The notes under the pieces: generated by a model
What the model was told of the DNA's origin: nothing
Seen by the model: only the letters and a program-made list of their open reading frames with translations
Databases searched by the model: none
Part shown: in pieces, positions 20,372 through 31,904 of the stretch
Position numbering within the stretch: position 1 is the first letter of the stretch
Layout: every line of letters starts with the position of its first letter
Position numbers and translations under genes: made by a program
Assembly: GCA_022844165.1 (NCBI GenBank)
Contig: JALHMH010000002.1
Coordinates: 160,001-224,000 of the forward strand
DNA length: 64,000 nt
DNA from: Lysobacterales bacterium
GTDB taxonomy: Bacteria > Pseudomonadota > Gammaproteobacteria > Xanthomonadales > SZUA-5
Reading direction: 5' to 3'

Positions 20372-21865
20372 TCAGGTCATGAAGCCCAGATTCGGGCCCG
20401 AAATGGCCATCATCGGTCCGGTCATGAACTGCAGATTCGGGAAGATGTCGGCCCGATCGATATCCGACAATCCGTACCACGTGGCTAGCGTGGCCGCATA
20501 TTGATCCGCCGAGATCGTCGGGATGATCTGCCCGCCCCAGCCCGTATCGTCGGGGTTGTTATTGGCCTGTAAGTTGGGCATCCGGCCGAAGATGCGCCGA
20601 CCGTTGACGGCGTTGCCCCACACCAGGTGGTGGCCGCCCCAGCCATGATCGGTGCCGTCGCCGTTGTTGGTCAGCGTGCGGCCGAACTCGGAGGCTGTGA
20701 ACGTGGTCACGCTGCTGCCCAGCGCGAAGGTCGGGCTGTTCAGTACGTCGTAGAACGCCTGCACCGACTGCGACAAATCGCGCAATAAACCTGGGTGATC
20801 GGCCAATTGATTGTCGTGCGTATCGAAGCCGCCGATCGCCGCAAAGAACAATTGCCGCTGCATGTTTAATTGACTGGCGCCGCGCGCACGGATGACGCGC
20901 GCGATCATCAACAGCTGCTGCGCGAGTCGCGGTAGCTCTGGCGGATTGGTGGCGCTCCAGGTCAAGCCATTGCGCGTCCAAAACGGCTGGAACACTGCAT
21001 CGTTCGAGGGGTAGTTGGCGATCGCAGCGGCGACCTGTGCCGATGTGGCGATCGTCGCCTGAGTTTTGTTCACGTAGGCGCGCTCGAACGCATGGCCATA
21101 GGTCTGCGTTTGGAGCGCCTGGAACGTCAGGCAGCGGCGCCGATTCCAACCCTCCGGGCCATTGCAGTTGGCGCCGTTCGTGTTGATCGGCCAGATCTGT
21201 TCGACGCCATCGCTGCTCATGAAGTACGGCGATACTGACACGCCCGCCTGGAACACGTTTTCGCCGTCCAGGGAGACATTCATCGACAAGACTTGATTCG
21301 GATTGGTCGACGCGAAGATGTCCGCGAGACGGCCGCCCCAGCCGGTTCGAGCGCTGCTATCGGCGCGCGGCGTTTGCCACAGTACCGATTGATCCGAATG
21401 CGAAAACAACTGCGCGGGCAGCAGTGTTCCGGCTTGCTGATACAGCGTCTTGTTGGTCGGGCGAACGAGTGGGCCGGCGTTGGCGACAATGGCCATTCGC
21501 CCCGCCTCAAACATATCGCGCGCACCCGTCATGACCGGATGCAGACCATATTGACCGCCGTTACTTGGACCTGACGTTGGATTGATCGCCAGTAGCTGAT
21601 TTTGCGGCACCGCCAATGAGCCGCGGGTGGCCAGATAGGTCGCATGCCCGGCGTCGCGCGGCACAACCATGTTGAAACAGTCGTTACCGCCGTACAGATA
21701 AATGCAGACCAGCGCGCGATAGTCGTCGCCTTCGAGCCGACGAATACCGCCTGTGGTGGCGGCCTGCGCCAGTTCCATCTTGGCGAACATCGAAGTGAAG
21801 GCGGCACTGCCAGCAGCGGCGCACAGCGTCTTGTGCAGGAATTCGCGGCGACGAAGGATGCTCAT
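20372..21865 (-). CDS. DUF1501-family Tat-exported protein
   Basis: Twin-arginine RRREFL; DYRALVCIYLYGGND, LFSHSDQ, GGFDTH, SEFGRT, GTDHGWG. Confidence 0.9.
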   Translation of the reverse strand: MSILRRREFLHKTLCAAAGSAAFTSMFAKMELAQAATTGGIRRLEGDDYRALVCIYLYGGNDCFNMVVPRDAGHATYLATRGSLAVPQNQLLAINPTSGPSNGGQYGLHPVMTGARDMFEAGRMAIVANAGPLVRPTNKTLYQQAGTLLPAQLFSHSDQSVLWQTPRADSSARTGWGGRLADIFASTNPNQVLSMNVSLDGENVFQAGVSVSPYFMSSDGVEQIWPINTNGANCNGPEGWNRRRCLTFQALQTQTYGHAFERAYVNKTQATIATSAQVAAAIANYPSNDAVFQPFWTRNGLTWSATNPPELPRLAQQLLMIARVIRARGASQLNMQRQLFFAAIGGFDTHDNQLADHPGLLRDLSQSVQAFYDVLNSPTFALGSSVTTFTASEFGRTLTNNGDGTDHGWGGHHLVWGNAVNGRRIFGRMPNLQANNNPDDTGWGGQIIPTISADQYAATLATWYGLSDIDRADIFPNLQFMTGPMMAISGPNLGFMT

Positions 21866-21867
21866 GG

Positions 21868-23667
21868 TTACTTCTCCACCACATATTCAGGCGAGGTCAG
21901 GGTCAGCCACAGCGCATCCTGTACGCGGAAGCGCTGCCAGCCTGAACCCGAGTTGTTGTTGGTGATGTCGTTGATATGCGTGATCAGCAAATTGCGCATC
22001 GTGTTCGACATGCGGCCGTTCAAGAACAGCAGATTGTAGCGTTCGACCAATTCGGCCGGCTGGGTGGCCAATGCAAGATCGCGGTTGAGGTTGACCTGGA
22101 CTGGATCCCAGGTGCCAAGGTCGGGATTGCCCCACCAGGCCCAGTACACTTTGCCGCCGATCTCGTTGCTCAGGCGCGTGATGTAAGTGTCGGTGGTGAT
22201 TTGAAACTCCGGCGAGAACAAACCCAGCGTGGCAACTTCACCCGGCAGCTGATAATTCGGCAAGAAGAAATTGAATACAGTGGGTGAACGCTGTATCGCC
22301 TGGGCACCATATTGTTCGGCCCAGCCTTCTCGAATTCGGCCATCGATCGAACGCGCATCCAGCGCACGCCAAAGTTGCGTCACGCGGAGCAGCGGCTCGC
22401 GCAATTTGCCGCCATTGGTCGGCGCGGGAGAGCGGGCCTCGGTATCCATCAGAATGGCGCGAACCACCGCCCGCAGATCGCCGCGCACGCCGCTGCCATT
22501 GTTCGCAAAAACCGCGGCAACTCGGCCCACGTAGGCGGGCGACGGGTTGCTGGTGGTGAATCGCTGAATCAACAGTCGCGACAAGAACGGGCCGACGTTG
22601 GGGTGATTGAAGACATTGTTCAGCGCCGCCGTGAGATTGTTGCGCGCCGTGCCGCCGGCTGGCAAAACGCCGTTGGGAAGGGTCACGCCAGCGTAGTTCA
22701 ACAGTTGTTTGCTGCCTGCGCTCTCGTGGTAAATGTCGCCGAACGCGGTGCCTTCTCCCCACGGTTTCAACGCGGTGCGCCAACCTGGATGGCTGCGCCA
22801 GTCCTGGGTATCGGGGCCGGACGGGCAATATTCCCAATGCCACCAGTTGAAGCTCGGCGAACTTTCCGGTGCCACCGGTGGTGAGCAGGTCGAGTAGCTC
22901 CAGCCGGTGAAAACTTTGGCGAAACCGGCGATGACCGTTTGATCGTAAGAAGGCACCGTTTGAATGCCGGCTTGCCCTGCATTGCCATCCACGGGTGTGC
23001 CGTTCGGATTCAATTGCACCAGGCCAATCGAAAACAGCTGCATGATTTCGCGCGCGTAGTTCTCGTCGGGCCGGATGTTTTGCGCGGCGTCGGTCTTGCG
23101 GTTCTTGAACATCGACAGGTAGTGCCCCATCGATGGGTGCAATGTGATGTTTTCCAGAAGCGCACGGTAATTGCCAAAGGCGCCGCTGGCGAGGCCGTCA
23201 TAAAAATGGGCCATCGTGGTCGGATTGCCTTCGAGCGACCCGTTCTGATCGGAAATCACCAGGATCTGCGACAACGCGAAAGCCATACGCTGGCGTAGTT
23301 GATCGTTACCAGTGAGCACGTTGCGCCACCAGATTTCCTGGCGTTTGTCCTGCCACACTTCAATCGGTTGGCCGGCAGCTACGGCTTGTGCGATCAGTTG
23401 ATCAAGAAACGGCAACTGTTGCGACGTCGTGGCGGCGAACTGCTCGTTCAGCCACGCGTTGTAACCCATGCGATAGAGGCGATCGATCTCGGTCAGCGTC
23501 GGACCAAACGTTGCCTGGGTCAAAAAGCGCGAAGCCTGCGCTTTCGTATACGGGCCTTCTGCCGCCTCATCGTGACCCGTGGCAAAAATCGCATCCTGGG
23601 CGTCGGCGCCTGGGGATATCGACAAGCCGCAGATCAACATCAGGCCAACCACAAAACCGTTTCTCAT
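21868..23667 (-). CDS. DUF1800-family exported protein
   Basis: Signal peptide; ASRFLTQATFG, DQLRQRMAFALSQI, PDENYAREIMQLFSIG, FNHPNVGPF, GKLREP. Confidence 0.9.
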   Translation of the reverse strand: MRNGFVVGLMLICGLSISPGADAQDAIFATGHDEAAEGPYTKAQASRFLTQATFGPTLTEIDRLYRMGYNAWLNEQFAATTSQQLPFLDQLIAQAVAAGQPIEVWQDKRQEIWWRNVLTGNDQLRQRMAFALSQILVISDQNGSLEGNPTTMAHFYDGLASGAFGNYRALLENITLHPSMGHYLSMFKNRKTDAAQNIRPDENYAREIMQLFSIGLVQLNPNGTPVDGNAGQAGIQTVPSYDQTVIAGFAKVFTGWSYSTCSPPVAPESSPSFNWWHWEYCPSGPDTQDWRSHPGWRTALKPWGEGTAFGDIYHESAGSKQLLNYAGVTLPNGVLPAGGTARNNLTAALNNVFNHPNVGPFLSRLLIQRFTTSNPSPAYVGRVAAVFANNGSGVRGDLRAVVRAILMDTEARSPAPTNGGKLREPLLRVTQLWRALDARSIDGRIREGWAEQYGAQAIQRSPTVFNFFLPNYQLPGEVATLGLFSPEFQITTDTYITRLSNEIGGKVYWAWWGNPDLGTWDPVQVNLNRDLALATQPAELVERYNLLFLNGRMSNTMRNLLITHINDITNNNSGSGWQRFRVQDALWLTLTSPEYVVEK

Positions 23668-23826
23668 GACCAGTTGCCTCTTTTTGCGGTTTCTTAACTC
23701 TTAAGCCAGTGTAGCGCTGCAATGGGTCGCCGTGTGTGACGGCTGTTGTTTTTCGACGACAAACGGCTTGATCTTCACGCCGGTCGGTCTAGGCTTGCCC
23801 AACTCTGAAAATCAGGGACGCGAACC

Positions 23827-24378
23827 ATGAGACGGTCGATCAGTGTTCTTGTGCTGTTGCTGGCCGCGAGCGATAGCTTCGGATTCTCGCTGGGTTCACC
23901 GATCTGCGAAGTCAACTCGTTGCCGCTCACAGAAATGAGCCCGACATTGGCCAGCCCGCCGCCGAGCGGGTGGACGTTGGAAACCGAGCGTGCTTACTTC
24001 TCGCCAGGCGCATCGCTGCGCGTGCGCGTACGGCATCCCAGCCCGCTCAAGCAGGCGCGGGGGATTTTGCTTTGGGCCAAACGATCGCAGTTCTTGGGCG
24101 GCGGCCGTTTCGAACTGCCAGCAAGCGGAGCGTTTCAGTATATTCCCGCCCCCGCAGCGTGTGGCGAATGGGCGATATCGCATGTCAACGCCACGCCGAA
24201 GTCGCTTGACGACTTGCAGTTCGACTGGATCCCTGACACCACAGCGCCGGTGATCCTCCGGGCCTTCATCATCGAAGAGTGTTTTCAACCCAGCGGCGGA
24301 TGCCGCGACCAGCAAGCGCTCACGCCCATCGTAGTCTTGGAGGAAGGCGTGCTGGTGAACGGGTTCGAGGCCGAATAA
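23827..24378 (+). CDS. Secreted Reeler-domain-like protein with C-terminal NGFE motif
   Basis: Signal peptide; G.P.C, F.PG..L.V.V, RGILLWAK, G.F, C...ISH....K, F.W, V.LRA pattern. Confidence 0.7.
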   Translation: MRRSISVLVLLLAASDSFGFSLGSPICEVNSLPLTEMSPTLASPPPSGWTLETERAYFSPGASLRVRVRHPSPLKQARGILLWAKRSQFLGGGRFELPASGAFQYIPAPAACGEWAISHVNATPKSLDDLQFDWIPDTTAPVILRAFIIEECFQPSGGCRDQQALTPIVVLEEGVLVNGFEAE

Positions 24379-24477
24379 CACGCTTTTCACAACACCACCC
24401 CAACTTCCGGCGGACGCGACGAATCGCGACTTTGTCTATAACATTCCCATCTTCGCAAGGCCTGCAGGAGGCAATCG

Positions 24478-26481
24478 ATGAAAGCTAAGTTTCTAACAAC
24501 GCTGGTGCTATTGGCAGGATCGGCCGCCGTATCGGCCAAGCCGATTCCGATCGATGCACTCGCTGCGATGCCCAAGATCCAGTCGGTATCGATGAGCGCC
24601 GACGGCAAACATCTGATTGCGCTGCTCGGCAAGGAGGGCGCCGACGAATTCGATACCACGCTGGCGACCTGGGATATGGCGAATCTGGACAAGGCGCCCG
24701 TCACAACGGCATCTGGCGATCGTATGAAGTTCGTCAACGCCATCGCCCTCAAAGCGGGGCACTTTCTGGTGATCGGCCGACAAGAGTGGACTGGCGAACT
24801 GGGTGGCTGCGGCGAAGGCAAAACAACGGGTTCGACCAAGACCTTCGTCACCAAGATCTACATGGCGGACGTCAAACACAGCGAGTTCGAAGAGGCTTTC
24901 GCCGCCAAGAGCCGCGAATTCGGTATGAGCGAACGCACCAAACGTTGCCTCGAATTGGCCGGCAGCGCGCGCCTGGTTGAGCCGCTGCCGCTCGATCCGG
25001 AGCACGTGATCATCGCGCAGCTCGATATGGCGAGTTTTCGCGACACCTACTTTCGCTACAACGTGCGCACCAAGGAAACCGAATTGCTGTTCAAGGCCAC
25101 CGGGCGTTCCGCTCCCGGCTTGTTCGATCCGCGCACCGGCGATGTTCTGACCCGAACGATGTTGGAGCCGATCGCAGGCGGCGGCTTTGAGCAGCAGGTG
25201 CTCATCCTCGATCCCAAGACGAAGACCTTCGAGAAGCACGACAAACTGACGACCAAACTCAAGGATCGTTATGCGGTGAATATCGTTGGCCGCGATGAGG
25301 AGAGCGGAAAGTTCTACGTGCTGACCGATCTTTTTGCCGATCACGTGCAGGCGTTGCTCTACGATCCGGTGGCAAAAGCCTTCGACAAAGACCCGCTGGT
25401 CGCGCACCCGCAGTTTTCGATCGGCCGCACCGTGCTCGGCTCTCGCGAAAGCGACTTCAACAAGGTGATCGGCTTTGCGGTGAACGAACTTTCGCCGAAA
25501 GTGACCTGGGTGGAACCACGTTTGCAGAGCATCCAGGCCGGTCTGGAAAAAGCCTATCCCGGCCAGGACGTGACGATCCTCAGCTACACCGATGCGCGCG
25601 ACAAAGTGCTGTTCAGCACCGAAAGTAACCGACATCCGCCGGCGTATCACTTGCTGACGGACGGCAAAAACGTCAAAACCCTGGGTGTCGAGCGTTCGGG
25701 TATCGACGCCGATAGCATCGGCGAACAACGTTGGGTGACGTATACGGCACGCGACGGCAAGAAGATCCCGGCCATTCTCGATCTGCCGGCCGGATGGAAA
25801 AAAGGCGATGGAGCGCTGCCGACGGTTATCCATCCTCATGGCGGTCCTTGGGCCCGCGACTTCGGCGGTTGGGACGGCTCGGGCTGGGTGCCATTTTTGA
25901 CATCGCGCGGATATGCCGTATTGCGGCCGCAGTACCGTGGTTCGGCGGGCCTGGGCCGCGACTTGTGGCTGGCCGGCGATGCCGAATGGGGCCAGAAAAT
26001 GCAAGACGACAAAGACGATGGTGCCGCGTGGCTCGTCAAAGAAGGCATCGCCGACGAAAAGCGGATGGTGATCTTCGGCTATTCGTATGGCGGTTTTGCC
26101 GCGGCGGCGGCGACGGTTCGTCCGAACAGTCCTTACAAATGTGCGATTGCCGGCGCCCCTGTGACCGATCTTGCGCGCCTGAGCAACAACTGGAGCGAGA
26201 ATCGCGTGCAACGCCTGCTGCAGGGCCGCACGGTCACGGGGATGGACCCGATGAGGAATGTCGACAAGGCAAATATTCCGGTGCTGTTGTACGTGGGCGA
26301 TCGCGATGTGCGCACGCCGGCGTTCCACGCCCGCGATTTTTACCAAGGCGTCAAGGATAAAGTGGAGGCGCGTTTTGAGCTGGTTCCAGACATGGCGCAT
26401 AGCCTGCCCTGGTATCCGCGCCACCATCGCAAAACACTGGCGCTGATCGAAGATTTCCTCAACGGTCCGTGTAGCGCATGA
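24478..26481 (+). CDS. Secreted S9 (prolyl oligopeptidase family) peptidase
   Basis: Signal peptide; HGGPW, QYRGS, nucleophile GYSYGG, GDRD, MAHS. Confidence 0.92.
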   Translation: MKAKFLTTLVLLAGSAAVSAKPIPIDALAAMPKIQSVSMSADGKHLIALLGKEGADEFDTTLATWDMANLDKAPVTTASGDRMKFVNAIALKAGHFLVIGRQEWTGELGGCGEGKTTGSTKTFVTKIYMADVKHSEFEEAFAAKSREFGMSERTKRCLELAGSARLVEPLPLDPEHVIIAQLDMASFRDTYFRYNVRTKETELLFKATGRSAPGLFDPRTGDVLTRTMLEPIAGGGFEQQVLILDPKTKTFEKHDKLTTKLKDRYAVNIVGRDEESGKFYVLTDLFADHVQALLYDPVAKAFDKDPLVAHPQFSIGRTVLGSRESDFNKVIGFAVNELSPKVTWVEPRLQSIQAGLEKAYPGQDVTILSYTDARDKVLFSTESNRHPPAYHLLTDGKNVKTLGVERSGIDADSIGEQRWVTYTARDGKKIPAILDLPAGWKKGDGALPTVIHPHGGPWARDFGGWDGSGWVPFLTSRGYAVLRPQYRGSAGLGRDLWLAGDAEWGQKMQDDKDDGAAWLVKEGIADEKRMVIFGYSYGGFAAAAATVRPNSPYKCAIAGAPVTDLARLSNNWSENRVQRLLQGRTVTGMDPMRNVDKANIPVLLYVGDRDVRTPAFHARDFYQGVKDKVEARFELVPDMAHSLPWYPRHHRKTLALIEDFLNGPCSA

Positions 26482-26485
26482 GGTC

Positions 26486-26520
26486 ACCATCGGGCCGCGC
26501 GAGCTGCGCGGCCCGATGGT
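26486..26520. terminator. Strong hairpin between convergent genes (probable terminator or 3' stabiliser)
   Basis: Perfect 15-bp stem ACCATCGGGCCGCGC/GCGCGGCCCGATGGT with a 5-nt loop; weak U-tract. Confidence 0.6.
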
Positions 26521-26615
26521 CTTGTAGCAGGATTCTCTGCGACTTGCGGCGCGCTGTCGCAGGTTCGTCGTTAGCCGACGCTCCGGCGCCGATGATCAGT
26601 TGCCGCAATCCCGGC

Positions 26616-27563
26616 TCAGGCTTCGACGACGATGCGAAGCTCTTTGGGTAACGCAAACACCATGTTTTCTTCGACGCCATCGAGCTCCTTGACGCTGCTG
26701 GCGCCAAGTTCGCGTAAGCGCGCGATGACTTCAAGAACCAGCTGCTCAGGGGCCGATGCGCCAGCGGTCAGGCCCACACACGTTGCGCCGACCAGCCAAC
26801 CGGCGGCGATGTCTGCTGCACCATCGATCAGCAGCGCGGGTACGCCGCAGCGTTCGGCCAATTCGCGCAGACGATTGCTGTTGGAACTTTCCGGCGAACC
26901 CACGACGAGCACACGATCGCAGCGCTCCGCGAGCACACGAACGGCATCCTGGCGATTCTGAGTGGCATAACAGATATCGTCGTGACGCGGACCTTCGATC
27001 GCTGGAAACTTGCGTTGCAGCGCGGCAATGATGTCTCGGGTCTCGTCCACCGACAGTGTGGTCTGGGTGGTGAATGCCAGCGCCTGCGGTTGGCTGACGC
27101 TGAGACCGTCGACGTCGCTGAGCGTTTCCACCAGGTAAATCTGCCCAAGTGCTTCGCGCTGCCATTGCCCCAGTGTACCTTCGACTTCTGGATGGCCCGC
27201 ATGCCCGATCAGCACCATATCGCGCCCGGCCCGGCAGTGGCGCGAGACTTCCATATGGACTTTGGTGACCAGCGGGCAGGTGGCGTCGAATACGCGGAAA
27301 CCCCGAGCGTTCGCTTCAGCGCGTACCGCCTGGGACACCCCGTGGGCGCTGAAGATCAGCGTTGCGCCCGCGGGTACCTCACCCAGATCTTCGATAAACA
27401 CCGCGCCGCGGGCGCGAAGCGTTTCGACGACGAAGCGGTTGTGAACCACTTCATGGCGCACATAAATCGGCGCCCCAAAGAGATCGAGTGCGCGGTCGAC
27501 GATATCGATCGCGCGATCGACGCCGGCACAGAATCCGCGGGGGTTGGCGAGCAGGACTTTCAT
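26616..27563 (-). CDS. ispH: 4-hydroxy-3-methylbut-2-enyl diphosphate reductase
   Basis: [36 protein letters not shown]. Confidence 0.97.
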   Translation of the reverse strand: MKVLLANPRGFCAGVDRAIDIVDRALDLFGAPIYVRHEVVHNRFVVETLRARGAVFIEDLGEVPAGATLIFSAHGVSQAVRAEANARGFRVFDATCPLVTKVHMEVSRHCRAGRDMVLIGHAGHPEVEGTLGQWQREALGQIYLVETLSDVDGLSVSQPQALAFTTQTTLSVDETRDIIAALQRKFPAIEGPRHDDICYATQNRQDAVRVLAERCDRVLVVGSPESSNSNRLRELAERCGVPALLIDGAADIAAGWLVGATCVGLTAGASAPEQLVLEVIARLRELGASSVKELDGVEENMVFALPKELRIVVEA

Positions 27564-28066
27564 GGTTTGCCATTCTGCCTCTCGGTCCTGGCTTCCTTGC
27601 TGAATATCTCATAGCAAATCAGCCAGACGATGCCCACCGTGACACAGGAATCGGCGACATTGAAGACCGGCCAATGGTGCGTCTGGTAGTAAACATCGAC
27701 AAAATCGATGACATAACCGAGGCTCGCGCGGTCGATCAAATTGCCGATCGCGCCGCCGATCAGCAGCGAGAGCGGCAAACACAAGATCCAGTTCGACCTG
27801 GGTGTGCGCCGCAGCCACTCCATAAGGCCTAGCGTGACCGCGCTGGCGACGATCAAGAAAAACCACTTCTGCCACCCAGGCTGATGACTCAAGAAACTGA
27901 ATGCACCGCCGTAGTTGTGGATCAGCGTCCAGTTCAGGCCCGGCAACACCGGCACGGGCTGCGCATAGATCAAGTGCTCGACCGCAATCGCCTTGGTCCA
28001 TTGATCGAGCGCGATCATGACGGCCGACAGCCAAAGCCAGGCGTAGGAAGCGAGACGCGCAGTCAT
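27560..28066 (-). CDS. lspA: Lipoprotein signal peptidase II
   Basis: [32 protein letters not shown]. Confidence 0.96.
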   Translation of the reverse strand: MTARLASYAWLWLSAVMIALDQWTKAIAVEHLIYAQPVPVLPGLNWTLIHNYGGAFSFLSHQPGWQKWFFLIVASAVTLGLMEWLRRTPRSNWILCLPLSLLIGGAIGNLIDRASLGYVIDFVDVYYQTHHWPVFNVADSCVTVGIVWLICYEIFSKEARTERQNGKP

Positions 28067-28112
28067 CGGCCAAACTGCCGATGTGCGACCTGCCTGAGCG
28101 CCAGGATCCGCG

Positions 28113-30917
28113 TCAAAACCACGCTCGCACCTCGCCCTCTCCGACCACGTTCTCGACGCACCGGCCGCAAATTTCCGGATGATCCGGATGCGTACCGACG
28201 TCATCGACGTGATGCCAGCAGCGCACACACTTGGCTGCGACGCTGACGCGCGGTGCAACAGCGACGGAAATGCCTTCGCGTTCGACAACGGTCGCACCGG
28301 CCGGCGCGGTTTCCGTGGTGATGGTGGCACGCGATACGATCAACAGGAACTTGAGCTCATTCGCCATCGGTCGCAGCGCGTCCGCTTGTAGCGCGGACAG
28401 GTGTACGTCGACCTCTGCATCGAGCCCTGATCCGATCGCCTTGTCGCGACGCAGCGGTTCCAGGGCAAGTTGCGTGGCCTCGCGGATCTGCATCAGCAGG
28501 GCCATCGTCGCAGCGTTCAAACCGAAGTCGGAAGGCACGGGCGCCAACTGCTCATACCAGGTGTGGAACAGCGGCGACGGATGTTCGCGCGCCGGCATGT
28601 ACGACCAGATTTCATCGGCCGTGAACGACAAGATCGGCGCAATCCAGCGGGTCAGCGCTTCAAGCACATGCCACATCGCCGTTTGGCCGGAGCGCCGCGC
28701 CAGCGAGTCGCGCTGAAGCGTGTACATCCGATCTTTGAGCACATCCAGATAAAAAGCGCCCAGTTCGATGGCGCAGAACGCGTGCACATCCTGATAGATC
28801 TGATGGAACTGATAGCTGTCGTAGGCGGCGATGACCTTTTGCTGCAGCGCGTGCGCTTGACCGATCAAATAGCGGTCGAGCGGCAGCATTTGATCCAAGG
28901 CCACCGCGTTCTGCGGCTCAAAGCCGTTCAAGTTCGCGAGCAGATAGCGGCAGGTATTGCGAATGCGCCGATACGATTCAGAGACGCGCTTGAGAATCTC
29001 GTCCGAGACGCTCATCTCGGCGCGATAGTCGGTGGCCGCGACCCACAGCCGCAGCACATCGGCGCCGAGGGACTTCATAACTTGCTGCGGCGCGACGACA
29101 TTGCCGGCGCTCTTGCTCATCTTCTTGCCTTGCGCATCGACCGTAAAACCGTGCGTCAGCACCTGGCGATACGGTGCGGCGCCGTACATCGCCACGCCGG
29201 TGAGCAACGCCGAATGGAACCAGCCACGATGTTGATCGGAGCCTTCGAGATAAATGTCCACGGGCAGTTCGCCCAAGTTGTCGCGGCTGCAGACCACGGC
29301 CGAATGCGACACACCAGACTCGAACCAGACATCCAGCGTATCGGTCACTTTTTCGTAGCGATCGACATCTGCGCCGAGCCAATCATTGGCGTCGAGATCG
29401 AACCACGCGTCGATACCGCCCTGTTCGATTTTGTCGGCCACGGCGAGCATCCACTCGCCGGTGCGCGGATGCGGCAACTGCCGCTCGCGATCGACGAACA
29501 GAGGAATCGGCACGCCCCAGGTGCGCTGGCGCGAGATACACCAGTCGGGACGGTTTTCGATCATGCCGTAGATGCGTTCGCGGCCCCAATCGGGAATCCA
29601 GCGCACGGTGTCGATCGCACTGAGCGCGTCTTTGCGCAAACTTGCCGCATCCATACTGATGAACCACTGCGGCGTGGCACGGAAAATAGTCGGCGTTTTA
29701 TGCCGCCAGCAGTGCGCAACGCTGTGATCAAATTCGGTGCTGCTGAGCAACGCGCCACGTTCTTGCAGCAGCGCGATGATGTGCGGATTGGCGTCCTTGA
29801 TTCGCTGGCCACCGAACAGCGGCAGATCGGCCGCATAGCGCGAATCACCGCCCACGGGGTTCAGCACTTCACTGCTGTAGCGCTTCACCGCGTGGAAGTC
29901 CTCCACGCCATAGGCCGGCGCGCAGTGCACCAGGCCCGTACCGTCCGCCGCGCTGACGTGATCGGACAGGATCAGCAAGGAAACACGATCGTAAAACGGA
30001 TGCTGCACGTCGCAGCGCTCGAGCCGAGCGCCGGTCGTGGTCGCAACGATCTCGCCGCTCATCCCGAAGCGCAGCAAGCAGGATTCGACCAGCGACTCGG
30101 CGAGCAGCAGATGACCACGTGCGGTTTTGACCAGCGCATAGACAAGCTCGGCGCCAACCGCGACCGCCTGGTTGGCGGGTAAGGTCCAGGGCGTGGTCGT
30201 CCAGATCGCGAGGCTTGCATCGTCGATGGAACCCTCGAGGCCAAAGGCGCCGGCCAATTTTTTGCCGTCGATGAACTTGAATGCGACGTCGATCGCTGGA
30301 TCGCGTTTGTTGCCGTACTCGATCTCCGCCTCGGCCAATGCGCTCTGGCAATCGAAACACCAGTGTACCGGCTTGAAGCCGCGCACCACATGGCCGCGGT
30401 CGACGATTCTGGCCAGACTGCGCACGATGCCGGCCTCGTAGGCGTAGTCCATGGTTCGATAGGGGTTTTCCCACTCGCCCAACACACCCAGACGTTTGAA
30501 GTCTTCGCGCTGACGATCGATCTGCTCAGCGGCATATCGTCGGCACTCGGCGCGAAAGGCACGCGCATCGAGTTTTTGGCCGACCTTACCGTGCTTTTTT
30601 TCCACCGCCACTTCAATGGGCAAACCGTGGCAATCCCATCCCGGTACGTAGGGCGCGCGAAAACCAGCGAGCAGCCGGCTCTTGACGACGATGTCCTTCA
30701 AAATCTTGTTGACCGCATGGCCGATATGAATGTCGCCATTCGCATACGGTGGTCCGTCGTGCAGAACGAACATTGGCCGATCCGCTGCGTGTTTCTGGAT
30801 CGCGTGATAACGATCGCTCGCCGCCCATTCCGCCAGGCGGTTCGGTTCGCGCTGCGGCAAGTCCGCCTTCATCGGAAAGTCGGTGACCGGCAGCGAGATG
30901 GTGTTCTTGTAGTCCAT
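28113..30917 (-). CDS. ileS: Isoleucyl-tRNA synthetase
   Basis: [25 protein letters not shown]-terminal CVRCW..CGRC. Confidence 0.98.
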   Translation of the reverse strand: MDYKNTISLPVTDFPMKADLPQREPNRLAEWAASDRYHAIQKHAADRPMFVLHDGPPYANGDIHIGHAVNKILKDIVVKSRLLAGFRAPYVPGWDCHGLPIEVAVEKKHGKVGQKLDARAFRAECRRYAAEQIDRQREDFKRLGVLGEWENPYRTMDYAYEAGIVRSLARIVDRGHVVRGFKPVHWCFDCQSALAEAEIEYGNKRDPAIDVAFKFIDGKKLAGAFGLEGSIDDASLAIWTTTPWTLPANQAVAVGAELVYALVKTARGHLLLAESLVESCLLRFGMSGEIVATTTGARLERCDVQHPFYDRVSLLILSDHVSAADGTGLVHCAPAYGVEDFHAVKRYSSEVLNPVGGDSRYAADLPLFGGQRIKDANPHIIALLQERGALLSSTEFDHSVAHCWRHKTPTIFRATPQWFISMDAASLRKDALSAIDTVRWIPDWGRERIYGMIENRPDWCISRQRTWGVPIPLFVDRERQLPHPRTGEWMLAVADKIEQGGIDAWFDLDANDWLGADVDRYEKVTDTLDVWFESGVSHSAVVCSRDNLGELPVDIYLEGSDQHRGWFHSALLTGVAMYGAAPYRQVLTHGFTVDAQGKKMSKSAGNVVAPQQVMKSLGADVLRLWVAATDYRAEMSVSDEILKRVSESYRRIRNTCRYLLANLNGFEPQNAVALDQMLPLDRYLIGQAHALQQKVIAAYDSYQFHQIYQDVHAFCAIELGAFYLDVLKDRMYTLQRDSLARRSGQTAMWHVLEALTRWIAPILSFTADEIWSYMPAREHPSPLFHTWYEQLAPVPSDFGLNAATMALLMQIREATQLALEPLRRDKAIGSGLDAEVDVHLSALQADALRPMANELKFLLIVSRATITTETAPAGATVVEREGISVAVAPRVSVAAKCVRCWHHVDDVGTHPDHPEICGRCVENVVGEGEVRAWF

Positions 30918-30929
30918 GCGTCTTCTTCG

Positions 30930-30956
30930 GTGGGCCGCGCCTTTGGGGCGCGACGC
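30930..30956 (+). repeat. REP-like palindrome
   Basis: GTGGGCCGCGC-CTTTGGG-GCGCGACGC; same family as 37449-37472 and 37517-37540. Confidence 0.55.
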
Positions 30957-30986
30957 TAAGGGAGGTTTCGTGTCGCGATGCGCAAG

Positions 30987-31904
30987 CTACGGCGCGAGCG
31001 CCAGCAGCCGTCGTGCCTCGGCCGCATCAAGCCGAATTTGCTCGACCAACGCGTCGAGCGACGCAAAATGCCATTCGTCCCGTTGCTTGGCAACGAATTG
31101 CACCGATAACCGCTGACCGTACAGATCGCCCGTGAAATCCAGCAAATGCACTTCCAGCAGCAGTTCTTTGCCGCCAACCGCCGGTCGATAACCCAGCGAC
31201 GCGACAGCCGGAGCGTCGCGCAGGCCTGGGCCACTGACGCGCACGGCAAAGATTCCGGAAAAGCCTGGCGAGTCCTGCGGCCAGCGGATATTGGCGGTTG
31301 GGAACCCGAGTTGTCGACCTAGTTGTTGGCCGCGCACGACGCGACCCTCGTAAGCGTAGGGACGGCCCAGCAACCGCGCGGCGTGTCCAAAGTCGCCGGC
31401 GATCAATGCTTGACGCACGGCGGTTGCGCTGATGACCTGTTGGTCTTGCAGGACCGGAGCGACGACCGACACCTCGAATCCATAGCGCGCGCCGAGCGCG
31501 ATCAGGGTGTCGACATCGCCCTCGCGACGGTGGCCGAAGCGGAAGTTGGGGCCAACAAACAACGCTTTGGCGCTGAGGCGATCATGCAGCGCCACCCGCA
31601 CAAAATTCTCCGGCGACATCGCCGCGAGTGTCTGGTCGAATCGCAGTGCCAGTACGCGCTCGATACCGGCACGACGCAGCAGGCGATAGCGGGTGGCCAT
31701 CGGGGTCAGCCGCAACGTTGGTTCGCGTTTAAAGTAGTGCCTCGGCAAAGGTTCAAACGTCAATGCCGTCGCGACGCCAGCGACATCGGAGCGCGCGACG
31801 CATCGTTGCAACAAGGCCTGGTGTCCAAGGTGCAGCCCATCGAAAGCGCCGATGGCAACGACGGAGGGCGATAAGGCAGGAGACGACAAATTTCGTATGA
31901 GCAT
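30987..31904 (-). CDS. ribF: Bifunctional riboflavin kinase/FAD synthetase
   Basis: GAFDGLHLGHQ, FRFG, GRQLGFPTAN, EVHLLDF. Confidence 0.96.
   Translation of the reverse strand: MLIRNLSSPALSPSVVAIGAFDGLHLGHQALLQRCVARSDVAGVATALTFEPLPRHYFKREPTLRLTPMATRYRLLRRAGIERVLALRFDQTLAAMSPENFVRVALHDRLSAKALFVGPNFRFGHRREGDVDTLIALGARYGFEVSVVAPVLQDQQVISATAVRQALIAGDFGHAARLLGRPYAYEGRVVRGQQLGRQLGFPTANIRWPQDSPGFSGIFAVRVSGPGLRDAPAVASLGYRPAVGGKELLLEVHLLDFTGDLYGQRLSVQFVAKQRDEWHFASLDALVEQIRLDAAEARRLLALAP

Noticed and set aside
24437-24445. Half Zur box TATAACATT upstream of the S9 peptidase
   Set aside because: No matching left half; better explained as a -10 element.
24508-26490. Long antisense ORFs (660 aa here; also 14708-16150, 28470-30182, 35464-36774, 49300-50061)
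   Set aside because: They are shadows of genes on the opposite strand, common in GC-rich DNA, and contain no recognisable motifs.
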